Origin: Antedon mediterranea | Taxonomy: Eukaryota > Animalia > Echinodermata | Assembly: GCF_964355755.1 (NCBI RefSeq) | Contig: NC_092678.1 | Span: 20,973,365 to 21,037,364, forward strand | DNA: 64,000 bases | Direction: 5' to 3' | Shown: positions 24,401 through 39,400 of the stretch, piece by piece | Layout of the letters: the number at the start of each line of letters is the position of its first letter | Numbering within the stretch: position 1 is the stretch's first letter | Position numbers and translations under genes: made by a program | The notes under the pieces: generated by a model | Databases searched by the model: none | What the model was told of the DNA's origin: nothing | The model's input: the letters and a program-made list of their open reading frames with translations, nothing else

Positions 24401-27400
24401 GATCCCAATGGAAATAAGCTGATAAGCTTTTTGGGCTATCCTGGAAAGTCTTTTATAAATGTATTATTTGTAATGTCCGTAATTTATGTTATCACTTTGT
24501 ATGTATTTTTTATGATGATTTTCCAAATAAATTCAAATCAAATCAAATCCAAGATTTAAAAGGTTTTGGATGATTAATTTAAAATAAAATGAGAATAAAA
24601 AAGAGAGAAACAGCTCTTTTAGTACGATCCCAAAAAAACAACTGTAACAAATGTAGATGGATTTCCAACAATATTTTCCAGAGCCTACAGCCATATTAAC
24701 TCCATCACAAAAAGCCTGCCATCTTGGAATCTCCATCCTACAAGAAATCTTCAAACTGCAAGAAGCTGCCAGACAGGATGTCATTGAACAAATCCTTAAC
24801 CATCTGATCACCAGCTCCACACATCCCGTTCATCATTACTTAAGTATGTACTTTCTTTGTCTTTTAAAGCTCTGTCTGCAAACTTTATGTGACAAAAAAT
24901 GTGATGTGCCCATATGGACATGATGATGTCAAATCACTATCATATTTGGGCATATCACGACCAAATTTGGCCACATCAAATTTTATTGTCAAACTAGATT
25001 GATAGTGGAGACAGCTTTAGAAGCTTATATGTTAGTAACAAAATTGGAAAACCAACAGAATATTTTTTTCCTAAGTTTGTCCCTCCTCCACTTCCTTATT
25101 TGGAATTGTTTCATACTGAATGCTTATTGGTCATTTGTAAAATAACTTTTATCCAATTACAGAACTGTTGTCCAACATTATCGAAGCTTCACCACAGACG
25201 GCGCTAGATTATCAATCAAAGGTGCGAGAAACATTTGACTACCTAACGCAACTTCCACTGGACACAGCCAAGGGATTGCTGGTTGCTATTCAGCCTCTCG
25301 TGAAAATAAGCATGACACTTAAAGACGCCCTCATGCTTATGCTCCGCAAAGCCCTTTTCTCAAGGTAGATTATCTTTTTCTTCTTTTTTTATATTCTAAT
25401 TTTCTCTAATTTCATGTTTCTTCTAATCTATTGTAATGGAGACATAATGGTACCCAATTCTTTTTGAGATTTAGTAGCCATAAAATAAGCCTACCTTTAA
25501 GAATAATGGAGTTCATTGCATGAAACTCTAAATCACCCAGTATGGTGTTACATCTTGCCATTACTTTTTATTTTCTTTTGTTTAGACAAGTTGAGAGCAG
25601 AAAGCTTGCTGCTACTGGATATCTACTGATTCTTAAGAACTTTAAGGTGTATGGCAGTCTTCCATCCAGTCAGTCTAGCCAGATAGCCTGCTCATCATCT
25701 CAGGTAATATGTCCCCTTTTTTCCCGATTGATCTAGAGTTTTTTTTATTATTTATTCTTTATGCTGGGTATCCTCTTCAGTCAAAGACTATTCTCCCAGA
25801 GGGTCGAGTTATGATGAGTGGTTTTGTGTGTCAGTGGCTGTGTGTGTACTAGTATAGCGAGGTAACCTCATCTCAAAAGAGTGTTCTTTATAAAGTGCTC
25901 ATGGGATAAATGTGTACACTGGACCGACGGTTTATAGTCCTTATCCGAGAAGACTCGTTTTACTACCAGAACCATGGAGAGAGTGAAACCCTTTTCATTT
26001 CATTTCATTTCACATTTATTCAATTAATGAAATCTTAAACAATATAAACAAATAAAGATATCATTAATTAGGATCAGACTTAGAGGCCAAGGCCTGTCTC
26101 AGTTAGACCCAACAAAACATATAACAAAATAAAAATTTATACAAATTAGGTAAAAGTGGCATAATAATAATACATTATGAATGATAATTTTCCAAATAAT
26201 TAAACTTAATTCGATGCCTGAACCCTTGCTGGTGTTATGGCTACATATTACAGTTCCACGCTCTTAGCTGCTCGGCCACTCACTTGCTAAGTTTATTAAA
26301 CAAAAAGATCCTAGAGATCTTTGTTGTTCTTTCTGTTCATTCATTTTTAAGTAAAGCAAATAAATTATAGTATCACTGCTAATAAGAAAGAGAAAATCAG
26401 AACTTTATAACTACATGTTTTGAACTGATGTCTCTGTTGAAGGTTGTCGTTGATGTTCACCAGAAGACTTCTCCAGACTATGAAGCCATTGTCTGTTCAG
26501 AGATCTTGGGGAGTTTACGGCGTACATTCAACCAGCAAGCAGACGTCAGACTGATTCTATACGAGGTACAAGAAAATAAACTTTATGTATTTGTAAGATA
26601 GTAAAACCACATAAGGTGTAACATTTTTTATACTTGATTTTACTAAATCCAGTCCTTATTCCAATAGGGTTTGTATGAAGCTCTCGCCAACAACCACAAG
26701 TTGAAAGGTCAAATCCTAGAGCTGTTGTACAATCAATTTCAGCGATACTATGCTGAAGATGAGGAGGTGCTTCCACCAGTCAAACTGGAGCCATGCATCA
26801 CTGCCCAAGGAGACAACGTTTATGTTACAGAGCCACTTGTAAGTACAGAACTACTGAACTGACTATAACTAATTATATCCCATGGTGGGCTTATAAGTGA
26901 ACGCAAAAGAATGAAGAAGTCGCTGATGCATGTTTCAGCGTACCTCCATATACAAAATCCTAGTCATGTATCTTGATCATTTTTGCAGACACACCTCTTA
27001 ATGGCAATCTGTCACAGCTTGTTGTTCTGCAAGAAAATAAGAGGACAAACAGATGATGAAGAAGAAGACGAAAACGTGAATGTTTTGAAACTTGTGGACA
27101 AACTGGATGAAGTAATGATGACGTTAGCTAAGAGAATGATTAGCAGTGAGATGGAAGACTTTGAGCTTGTAAGTGGAATGGAACTACAGGGGACACCTTT
27201 GAGACCCAACAAAGTGTCCCCTTAATAGGGTTATCTCCTTTATAGAGATTGAGCCGTAATATTAAGACATATGCTTCTCCTTGTTTGTTTCACAGAGAAT
27301 TGTCCCCCGAATAGGGGTTCTACTAGAACCATTAAAAAAAAAACTTGATAAATAAATCAATAATCACTGTTTTTTACTGAATGAGATAAAAGGAAATGGC

Positions 27401-30400
27401 TACAGTATATGTTGGTTGGTATTTTTCTTTCAAAAAGCTCAATACATACAAGCCTAGCGTTAAAAAAAGAAGCCCCATTTAGCTTGATCTCTAGGTTGAC
27501 TAAAAGAGAAAAGTAGTAGTAGTGGTAGTAGTAGTATCACAGGAAGAAATACTAAATAACAATAATAACTTCTTTTTTGTCTGCAGGATAAATCTGCGGA
27601 TTATTCAATGGACCATGGAGTGGGCATTCGTAACAACATATTTGCGATATTGGTTCTTGGTATCTATGAGGTGCTACTGGAGTATGTGATTAACAATGGA
27701 CAGTACAGGTAAAAACTATAGTCTGGCATACTAGTCTTCCATACATATATCACCCACTCGAAATAAAAAAACAATATCAAACTAGTTTGAAAACAAAAGT
27801 GTGATGTGCCCAAATATGGTAGTTATATATACCCAGATATGGTTGTTATATACCCAGATATGGTAGTAATATGACATCATCATGGGCATATCACATGTTT
27901 TTGTCACATAAAGTTTGATAGTGTAGATATATAAACTCAGCGGCCTTTCAAAGCTGGGCTGCTCATGCTCTGGGGCCCCTGGGTTCAGCCAGTGACTAAA
28001 CTAAAAACTCTTTTCTGTTATCTTGTTATGTATATGTTTTGAAATAAAATAAAAAAAAAAAGAAAACTCTTTCTCTTTGAAGTTCAACTCGTTGTGATCA
28101 GGTTCTTGGACTGTTCAACAATTACCATACATTGTCTGGTGTCTTGAAAGAAAAGGCTGGAGGAAAGAAAGGAAAAGATACAGCAAGGAGTCTACTATCA
28201 GTGAAATTTGCTACTGAAACGTTAAGGGCGCTATTGAGGTATCTAATTTTATATTGTATTCTGGGTATTTAAATCATGTTCTATCTGGAAACAATACATT
28301 TGTATACATATACATACTTTGTACATGTTTTAACCTGTCAGTATTTGTTTTTGAAGTTTAAACAGTCCATCGCACGATGAAGGGTTAACATCATTGCGCC
28401 AAAACCCAGACTTTGTTCACCACATACTCGCAGTTACTCTGCAAAAGATTCATCAAATCGACACAAAAGGTCATTGCGATGGCCCAGAAGGGACAAATAA
28501 GGACAAGATATTCATTTATTGTTCAACATTAGCGAGGTAAATTGGAGATTATAGAGGTTTATCACTGAATTCAGTTTGATTAAATTTTATCCAGTTTGAT
28601 CCAGTTTCATTGAGATTGATCCAGTTTCATTGAGATTGATCCAGTTCCATTGAGATTGATCCAGTTCCATTGAGATTGATCCAGTTTTATGGAGATTGAT
28701 CCAGTTTCATGTAGTTTGATCCAGTTACTGAAAACCTAACACTGAATAAACATTATTTTGTACATTTTTTTATTTTCGTTTTTTATGTTTTTAGAGTATT
28801 TCTGCAACAAATTATAACACCAACTATTGAGAATCAAAAGAAAGATAAGGTGAATATTTCAAAACATTTGATACAAAGTATACAATTTCACTGCAACAGA
28901 ACTCAATTGTCTCATTCTGTCTAGACATTTTGCGACAGCCTAAGGGTGTGCATATGATGGCCATCTTGTAAGAGAACTGTAATATCTTTTAACAATCGTT
29001 CCTACTCGTTACCATTATACTTTATAATTTAAATTAAAAAAAGTTTGTGTATTATCAAAGTTTCTTTATTTTTCAAGAATAAGACAATTACGCAAATGTG
29101 TTTAGAGACGCTGAATAGTATTGTACACATCATCTGCACACGGTATCCAGACAAGATCCGACAATTTCTCGACCTTGTTGACGTTGAGTGCGATAAAGTT
29201 GATGACAACGAACAAGAACAAATTCATGCTTACATCAAAAAGTTTCAGGTACTTTTATGGTTTAATTTCGATATTTGCCTACAAGTCCAAACTCCTGGGT
29301 TCAAATCTTGACACTTTTTTTAAATATATATATATATAGGTTGTTTTTTAGTCTCATTCCAAAATTGTTTATATCTCTACCAAGCTACCTTCTTTGTTTT
29401 CCACTCTTATTCAGACTCTACCCTGGCTCCCTTTGTTATATTTCTTTTATTCCTATCCACCCAGGCAGCACTTGCCAGCTTTATACTATGACGTTATCCA
29501 AATTCCTTCACTTGCACTGATGAAGGGCTAGTGTTGCCCGAAAGCTCTGCTAACTTTTCTGGCTGTTTACTTTATCGTTTTGATTTAGCTTTTCGCTTTT
29601 TATTTTCTCCATTGAGATCCAGCCACTGATACCCACAGCATTGTCATTTTTTTCAGTAATTTGCCTTTGGATTTATATATAGGTTGTTAGTTATAATTTT
29701 ATTTTCTGTGTTTTTTTTCATAAAATATATACTGTATACCTTTTTCATTCTTATAAACGTTGTTGTTTTCGGTAGCGATTACTGATTTCGTACTTGACAA
29801 GCGAAGAGGAGGATGTACACTTAAAAGATGCCGTTCATTTCTGCACTATTATAACGCTTCTGTCAAAACTTCTCAATGCAGAGCGCCCTCAGGTAAAAGT
29901 TGGTTTATATATATTATATTGTGAATTGTATACATGTAATAGATGTATTGTCCCCCTGAAAAATTAATTCTTAACAATTTTTCTGTTGAATATGCCACTT
30001 TAATGTCACCAAAAGTATTTACCTAAAAAAATGTAATTTAAAACAAAAAATTGTCAAATTGGCTGACAGCCAATGGGTTTTTGGTATTTATTTTGTAATT
30101 TTATAAGTGAAAACATAAATTTTTTCCAGTTTTTTTTCTACAGAAATGATTTACTTTAATAAAGCTACAAAACAATCTATTCAAAGTCTGATTTTATTAA
30201 TCTTTATTTTTCATGTTTTTGGGGGAAAATACATCTTTAACTAAAAAAGTATTTTTTAATCAAAAATTAATTAATCATTCCAAATGATTCTTAACATTTA
30301 TTGTTTGTATTTTTTAGTTCACTGAGCTTTACACTTGGTTGTTGCGTGTTTGCGCTGAGAACAACCCAGGTATGTCATTTCTTTACTAGATGTAGATCAC

Positions 30401-33400
30401 ACTAATGCCTAAAGCTCTGTCTACACTATCAAACAAATACGGTAGTGATATACCTAAATATGGTAGTGATATGAAATCATCATGTCCATATATGATCACA
30501 TCATCATTTTTATTGAAAACAAAACTTTACACTGTTAGTACCTTGTATATATTCAGAAATAATATTATAATAACCCAGCTGTAAAGTTTAAAATGCCAAA
30601 AATTCATGTTTTTTATTGTAGATGACATTGTCCTGTCAAAAGCTCTTATGTCATTACTTCTCAATCTCACAACTCGTATCAAGAGCGGTGTTAAATTGAC
30701 GCGCGACATCTCCCAGGATATTCACAGTCATCTCGGAGACATTGACGAAGATGTTGAGGTCGGGAACAGCTCAAACTTTTCGCTTATCAATCCAAGAACA
30801 GCTGCGCCCTCTATATTGGTAAGCTTAACCGTTAGTCCTTGTTAATTTACCCAATGACGCTGAAACCATGCAATGGGTTCAAAATGATACTTTCTACAAA
30901 GAAGCAATAATATATATAAAGTCTTAGATGAATTTTGAAAACAACCGACACTATCACTTTGACATTGCCAAGATTCAAACCAGGACTCTGGGATTAGTAA
31001 GCAAGCATATTAACCATCAAGCTTCAATGCCACTAACCATTGTTAATATATTCATGGAGCTATAACACTTTATAGCTCCATGATATATTATTCGTTTATT
31101 TTTTTCGTTGCAGCTTTTGCTTGTGCCTCACATAGAACAGGCTCTGGAGGAGACTGATTGGATCCTGGGCCAGATGATGTCACAGCTCTCCAGTGTGGAT
31201 GTCACTGATCCAGGTAAAACTAACCCACTTGATCAATTTATTGTAGTTCTTTTACTGGTATTATGCCTTTTGATTCATTGGATAATTTTGAATTATCACC
31301 AAAAAAAAGCAGATATCTTCTTCGATAATAGATTGTTAAAAAAATAACCCCTTGTTGAGGAAACTTGGAAATCTCTCCAAATATGTTCATTGATGTAAAA
31401 AAATATGAAAGAAATTTAGAAAAAGTAAATGACAGTAGTAACAGAATTTGTTCTAAAAGAGTTGAAAGGTCACATGTCTGTATCTGTTATAATTTCATGT
31501 CTTATACATGTACATGAATGTACCATAGTGGAATTGTAAATTATAGATTATTTTATAAATGTATTTTAAATTCTACAAAAGGGAATAATTCATAACGTGT
31601 ACGAACATTGATGACTTTAAAATTAAAATTTAAATCGTTGGAGAATATACAGACAGAATTAATGACATGGTCATAAGCGAAAATAAATGGTGTTAAAATC
31701 TTATGTAAAATTATTTTTTAAATGTTATGAAAAGAAAATTGATGTGTCTAGAAAAGGGTATTTTATATTAATCAATGAAAAGTGAGCTGCATGTATGTTG
31801 TTAGTCCCTGTGGTGGTTATTCAAGCGCGGCACAAGTTTGATGCGATTCATATTTGACTAGTACTTATCTAAGTATCCTATACCTAATTGATTAATGAAT
31901 CGTCCTGTTCTGTGTATGTTAATTTATTCAGAAATACAGCCTCACATGTTTGTCACATGTTACAACAGTATCATTTGAATTATTTTTAAAGGTAGTTTAT
32001 GGTAAATTTATTTTTATTTATTTAATGTATTTAGTCACATGTGGCCAGGATTACCAATTGTAAATTAATCACTGTCCTATCCCCATGAACAGGGGCTATT
32101 CTGTGAACCAGTTCACTGGGATAACCCCTAATCGTCTCGAATAATGAACTGGGTACTTTAAAGTACACACGGTCAAACTGTACACTGGACCTATGGTTTG
32201 TAGTCCTTATCTGAGAAGATTTGTTCCACCACCAGAACTAGAAGCGAACCCATACCGATATTGTTGGCACTTTAGGTACGGTAAACGGCTCCCTTGCCTT
32301 AACCACTTGGTCATTTGACTCGCTCGTAAAAATATACGACACTGTATTTAGGAAATTACCTATGATACAGTGATATACAAATTAAGACATTTGCTTTTAC
32401 ACACTAGAAGAATTGGCTATTTAGTGCTGTTTGTAATATATTTTTTTATTGGCTTTACAGACACACAAGCCTTGTTTACCAATTACGAAGACAAGGAGAA
32501 CATGATATGTATACGTCTTGGCTTCCTCATCAATTCCTTCCATGAACTTGTCCAGTCGGTCATTCCAGTTGGTCAATCTATAGATGCCCTTTTGAAGGTG
32601 TTGATTCATACATACACAACCTTAAATCAACTCTGTAAATATGTAAGTACAGTGAATCCCCTTCTTTGGGACACTCTTATTCTGGTGACCCTCCTTAATA
32701 GGACACTTTTTTGTAAAACGAACAAAGACTTTTAACACTAAACGCCAACCCCTAATCAGGGGACATTCGTATTTTAGTGATGCTCTCATGAAGGCAACAC
32801 TTTCCTTTGAAATGATCAAGGGCCATAGATTTTAACACTGCGGCCAACCCCTAATCAGGGGACACCTCTATTAAAGGGAGACTTCCCTTTGAAATGATCA
32901 AGGGTCATAGGTTTTACCACTAACTATGGCCAACCTCTAATCAGGGGACACACTTTTTTTAGTCTCAGAGGTGCAGTTCAGTACTAATCCAGAGTTAATG
33001 ATAATAAACCATATTTAGGTGCTAATAAAAAATGTTGCGTTTCTTTTCCAATACTGCATGAACGTAATTAACGATGTTGAACGTTCTGCGTATTTTAGTA
33101 TCTTCAATCTATTCTACTCGAACGATTCACCATTTGTTTTTGTCTTGTACAAATAATGATTTACATCTAATATATTTTTTACGATACTATCTATTTCCTT
33201 TTGGATTTGAACATTTAATGAGGCGTAGACGTATATTATAGTGTTACGCTTTGACATTTGAGCATGTGAATTAGCCAAATGTAGGACAAGCAGTCAAGGT
33301 TTAGCATTGCCTAATTGTACATTGCAAAGTTAATGTTAGGACCTTAGAGATAAAACAGAGTAATTAAAGACATTGAAAGGTTAAAGTTCAAGAGTAGATA

Positions 33401-36400
33401 ATAGTTAAGACACTGAAAGAGTTTGAGCAAGACAATATAATGTTTGAAATCGAAAAAATTAATTCCACTGATATGATATTATAAATTATTAAATTAAAAC
33501 GAATCAAATTTTTCACACCTGATTCTCTGTACTGTTACTCCACAATTGATTAATTTTCCAGTATCATTAGGTAATACACAGTATCACATAGCATGCCTAC
33601 ATTTGTTAAGGTTATGCCTATGATACACATGTGATGCATATGTGACACTGTATTACAGAATTTGCCTATGATACTGGTAGAGTTGTACATACAGTACAGA
33701 ATCGATTATATTTTCTGGATTTGGTGTGTAGACTCCCAACCTTCCTAAAGATCTGTCTACACTATCAAACTAGTTTGACAAATATAGTAGTGATATGCCC
33801 AAATATAGTAGTGATATGCCCAAATATAGTAGTGATATGCCCAAATATAGTAGTGATATGCTTAAATACGGTAGTAATATGACCTCATGTCCATAAATAT
33901 GGATACGGGTTGGGTAGGTTTGGCCAGTATGCGTACCTTTTTATGGCCAGCGGGCGTCCCGGAAACTGCGCAATATGGCCAGCGGGCGTCCAATTATTGC
34001 GCAATATTTGTTCAATGGCAGAGTCCGCTCCGTGCATGTGAAATACGTACAATGCGACAGATTATATACATAATTAATTTTATATATACAGAATTTGCAA
34101 GTAGGGCAAGCCTGAACTGAGGCCTCTAAAATCCAATCTATCTTTTCAGTGCAGGCTAGCCTAAGTTAAACTGATTTAGTAAATTATACTACTGTATTTT
34201 AGGGCCTAATTAATAACAATAATTAGTAATAGTTTTAACTATTATAATGTCAATCAAAAAACATTTTAAATGAAAGTTCACATTATTTAATTTTTTTTTT
34301 CTGATAAATAATAATAGTACGTGGCCGGCCGGCATCTCGCGCGGAAAATGTAAATATAACGCCCTCTCTGTCGCATTGTACGTATTTTTCACACGCATGG
34401 AGCGCGCGGACGCTGCCATTGAAAACATATTGCGCAATAATTGGACGCCCGCTGGCCATATTGCGCAATGTCCGGGACGCCCGCTGGCCATAAAAAGTTA
34501 CGCATACTGGCCAAAAACCTACCCAACCCTGTAGTAAATATGGGCACATCACATTTTGTTGTCACATTAAGTTTGATAGTGTAGACAGAGCTTAAGAAGT
34601 TTTTTTACTGAACATTACCAATACAAATGTCTTTATTTCTTAACAGTATTTGAATGTTTATGAGAAAGAGAATGGACATTTTTGTGAAAGGTTCGAGAAG
34701 CTCATTAAACTGTCGGGAACTCATCTAACGCAACAAGTCTACGCATGGATCACGTATGTACAGGTACATAACCATTTTCTATCATTTAACTTGTTGGTTA
34801 ACATGCTTGCCTTCTAATCCCAAGGTCCAGGATTCGATCCTGACCTAGTCCCAGGGTTGTAGTAACCCAACTTACAACTGTTTCAACGCCACTCCCTAAG
34901 CCTCAAATGAGACTTATATACACGCACGATAAATTATAACATAGTTTATCCATCCTGTAATTGGCGAGTTACTCACTGTTGGATGCGTATGAAATTAAAA
35001 AATTTAAAAAATCCAGGCAATTACCAAATTTAGTGTAAAGGTATAATTTTATAGTATAGTTTTCAATCTTTTGGATTGGAAACACATCAGTGTTTTTCGA
35101 AAAGAAATTTACTTGTCATTTTGAGTATGTAACTATGTGTTGGAACACTCAGAGAATTACAATGGCCGTATATATGCAGTGGCATAACGTAGAAACCCCT
35201 GCTTTAGGAACCATAATTGGCCTTCCAATGCTGGAGGCCTCGGGCGTTTTTAGCCTTAGACTCAAGGGCATCTGGCTTTATCCAGTGAGCGCTCATAGCC
35301 GTTACGCCACTGTATATATGAAAGTATGATATATTATACAAATAATGAATGTTTATGAGTGCAATGGTACAAATAATGGCACGAGGTGAATGATGAAAGG
35401 TTATATCAACGAGGCAAAGCCGAGTTGATATAACCTTTCATCATTCACCAAGTGCCATTATTTGTACCATTACACGAATACAAAACATTCATTATTTGTT
35501 TTATATAACATCTAAATAACAAACAAAAATGTTTCAAAAAGTACTATTTAACGATCGTTGAATAGTGCGTACTATTGCACGCCATGTGACCCACATTCGT
35601 CCAATCAAATGACAGGAATTTATATAGGTGTTATATAAATATAATTATAACATAGTCATAATTTACTCGGCTAATTCAGTGCTATTTTGTGAATACGAGC
35701 CAATAAGATATGTGTACTGCTTTCTGTCTACTGGTTCCTTGGAGTTCAAAGTCGACCTAGCTGTAAAGCTCCGTCTACACTATCAAACTAGTTTGACAAA
35801 AAAAGTGTGATCTGCCCAAATACTGTAGTGGTATGCCCACATATGGTAGAGATATGACATCATCATGTCCATATATGGACACATCACATTTTTTTGTCAC
35901 ATAAAGTTTGATAGTGTAGACATGGCTTAAGGAGTTGTCAGTAATGATGAATAAATAGTAATGAATATAGATTATATGTATATAGACTATATAAACGACT
36001 GGTAATTTAAAATTGATTTAATATTGATTGTTTACTAACGGAACAAAGATCATGACCCAATTGCAATGTGGTCTGCACTTTTTTTAGATGGTGTATGCAC
36101 ATCAATTTGTGATGTAGGCCTATCACTTTCGAATATAAATCCATTACAAAGTGACGCTCCATAATTGTTTAGTGTGAAGTATTTCACTTCGACCTAATTA
36201 GGGTAATGTCTGCAGTTAAACACAAGAAAATGATATGCTACACGAATTGAAAAGCATAAAATAGATCTTTATTCGACAAATATGCCATTATTTTGGTTAT
36301 CAAACATCTCATTATGTATTAATTATGTAACATCAACAACAATGGCATTCTTTTCTGTGGATAATTCAATTATATAAAACGTTAAATTTCAACTTAATTA

Positions 36401-39400
36401 TGCAGTATGCAGGCCTACCGTGTACTCAGTAACATCAACAAGAATTCAATAACTTAAAAACGTTAAATTTCAATTTGTAAAAATCTACTGATTGCAACTA
36501 TGAAAGCAAAATGTGCACAAACCAATGCTGTTCATATATTCTTTTGGACTTTGGTGTCTTCGTTCAAAAATATAAAAATAAAGATTACTTTGGAAATTGC
36601 GAAAAGGAACCAGACTCTATGAAGCTAACAGGGACCGATTTGGATCGTTTGACTGGAGGAGATTCTGTAACTTCAAAGACTATGTCCTGGCGGTAGTTCT
36701 TGGTGACGTTTATGTTCTTTGCCACGTGATAGTTGATAAAGCATTCTCCTTTATGAAGGTGGACTTGACAAGAAAGACAGCCGAAGTATGTATCGCGCCG
36801 TCTGCCACATTGTGTCCGTACGTTAATGGCGGAACAGTGCTTGCAGTTGCGACCTCGTCGAGGGAACTTGACCAGAATGTGACTTGCATCATCCAGTACT
36901 GGTGCATTGGCGTCGTCTTGCACCGCAACGTTGTCACCAGCATCGTCTGTTTTGCTGCTGAAATGTGTATACGGAATAACAGTGCTATGGTTAATTGATT
37001 TCTGCGATAACTGGTTTGAACCGGTTAAAGGCCGTTTTTGCGTGGAAGTGTTGCGACCTGGTACTGCTGTGCATTCTGATGGTTCTAGCACCTCTTCTGA
37101 ATCTACAAGACCCATGAGTTGTTTGACAATATTCATTGTAAACTCAAAGCGGTTGATGCCGGAATGAGCCGAGTCGAACAACACGTGAGCGTTGTTGATG
37201 GAAATATCTAACAACAACCAAAAAATGTGTTTCCACCACGTATTACACATGTGCTGGATGTGTGCGCATGATCGCAATAAACAACATTCTGGTCGACGGT
37301 TTGTATACTGTTGGTGTTTCTGGATGATCACAGGACACGTGACCTCTTGGACCTGGTAGCGATTGCTGTCAACGTTGTACACTCTACAATTGATGGATTC
37401 TTGCTGCATACAGTTCATAGTTGAAAGGTTGTACACAAGACCTTTCTCGCCTCTCCAGACAGTTGTTATGACCTCTGTGAACTGGACACTTTTTATTTCT
37501 CCTAGGGCTAGTGTATCGATAGTGACTTCTTTCAGTTGTTGTGGGATGTTGAACCGCTCTGCGCTGATATACACTCCTTTGCTGTAAAGTCGTCTCGCTA
37601 GGTTCGAACTGACAAATATTCCACTTGCAAAGACGCTATGAAACTTTCCGACTAGTGGCCCAGTCAATCTCATAATGGCTGCCTCTGTCGCGTTGCTGTA
37701 CTCTTGGTTGTCGTAATTTTTATCACTGTGCGGGCCGTAGATCTCAATATTTTTCACGTATCCGGTATCGGCGTCAACAAGAAGCAATACACGCCAACTT
37801 TTAGCGGAATAAAACGGTACGTTTGGGGTTGCTTCGCCCTTCAGACCTATCATTGCGTGTTTCATAACCATTGCACCACCAGGCGTGTACATATTTAGAC
37901 AACTTTCCACCAATGGCTCCAGGAATTTGCATACTTTGTACATCGGGTTCTGCCGACACGCTTCATCGCGCCTTTCTATGTTGTTAATATAACTTGGATC
38001 ACGCCACGGATTACTTAAACGCAAGTACGTATGGAGTTTGGAAAAACGTGTATAGTTCGGCGCAGGAGACATCCAATCTAAAGAAAGCATTGGGTGGTTT
38101 CCCCAATAGTCCATCAGGTTTGGTAGGTTAACGATGGACATTCCAAGACAAGCCCCGAAGAGCGTCATGAGTTCATTTTTACCAGCGATTGGGAGCCACC
38201 CACCGTCTTGCCAATTCCACCACTCTCGTTTGGCGTCTCTCTTCTTCTCTTGGTAATACTCGACGTAATTGTTCGTATCGTTCTTTATCTGTTTGTATAA
38301 AGACATCGGAAAAAACGCATGGAAGTAGTCCAGTTCATCACTTAGATTGGACAGATCACCAATGGCACCTGCCGTGTATGTTGGTGTCTGTATCATCGGT
38401 GAGATCACCATATCTGTCCACGAGAGATGCGGTGAATCCTCAGCCTCTGAGTGGTTTGATTCCGTATCTGAGAGATCATTGTCGCTAAGTTCTATCCAGT
38501 CGTCCTCTTCCATCATGCCTTCACCTACAACTAAAGAAAAACAGTTGTATTGTATTAGTTGTGCCGATTTAACAATCATCAAAGATCAACACTGCATCTC
38601 TACACAACTATGTTTTATCACAACAAGAATCTATCACCGCTACTACAACACCAGCATTGAAGTCACCTTCATCAATGATCTCTCTAGCAATATTACTTTC
38701 GAAGTGTATTTGATACAGGTAAATAAACGGAAGGAACTTGTTCATTGATAATTAGACCTCAGGTTTAAGCTACGTCGCCATTGATCACGTTCCAGTGGCC
38801 AAATAGATATCGTGAAAATGAGATCAATGTGAACGAAGCTTTAAGGAGTTTGAGATATATATTATACATTACCTTGACACGCATTTGATTCGATCATCAT
38901 CTGTGAGTCGTCGTCTTCATCGCTACTTTCGTCATCATTTCCTAGAGAAACAAATGTAAACGCACGGTAAACAAACAATATTATTATTAAGAGTGGGTTC
39001 ACATGGTCATTAAATCAGGGTCGTTTGTGTTAATAAAAAGACTATAATGTGTCTATTATATAACCAATGTATTATCAAATACGATACAAGAAATACAATT
39101 TATTTTTCGAAGATTCAAAATTTGAATACAAGTGAAAATTGAAGAAATGATCATTCTGCCCTCATCGGTGACTACAATGTTTTGTATTTCTTTTTGCCTT
39201 TTTTTTTAATTAACAAAACGAACTTAAAAACATTGTTTACAGCGCAGAAATTTTATAATACATTAATGTGTTGAACATAATAATGATTATTCGAAAAGTG
39301 CTAAACCCCACCCCCCCCCCCCCCCCCTGATATTTCCACACAATCTTTTTTTTTTTAAATTTGGAATCACCCCCACACAATGTGTCTGTATCCGCCCTTT

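Noticed and set aside
36585-38582. Active autonomous piggyBac transposon; ORF-track start at 38582
   Set aside because: The DDD triad is absent and I found no TIR/TTAA ends. The first ~17 codons of the ORF are intronic (acceptor at 38531/38530).
36511-38748. Several plus-strand ORFs overlapping the PGBD exon
   Set aside because: They are antisense shadows of a GC-richer coding exon with no recognisable motifs.
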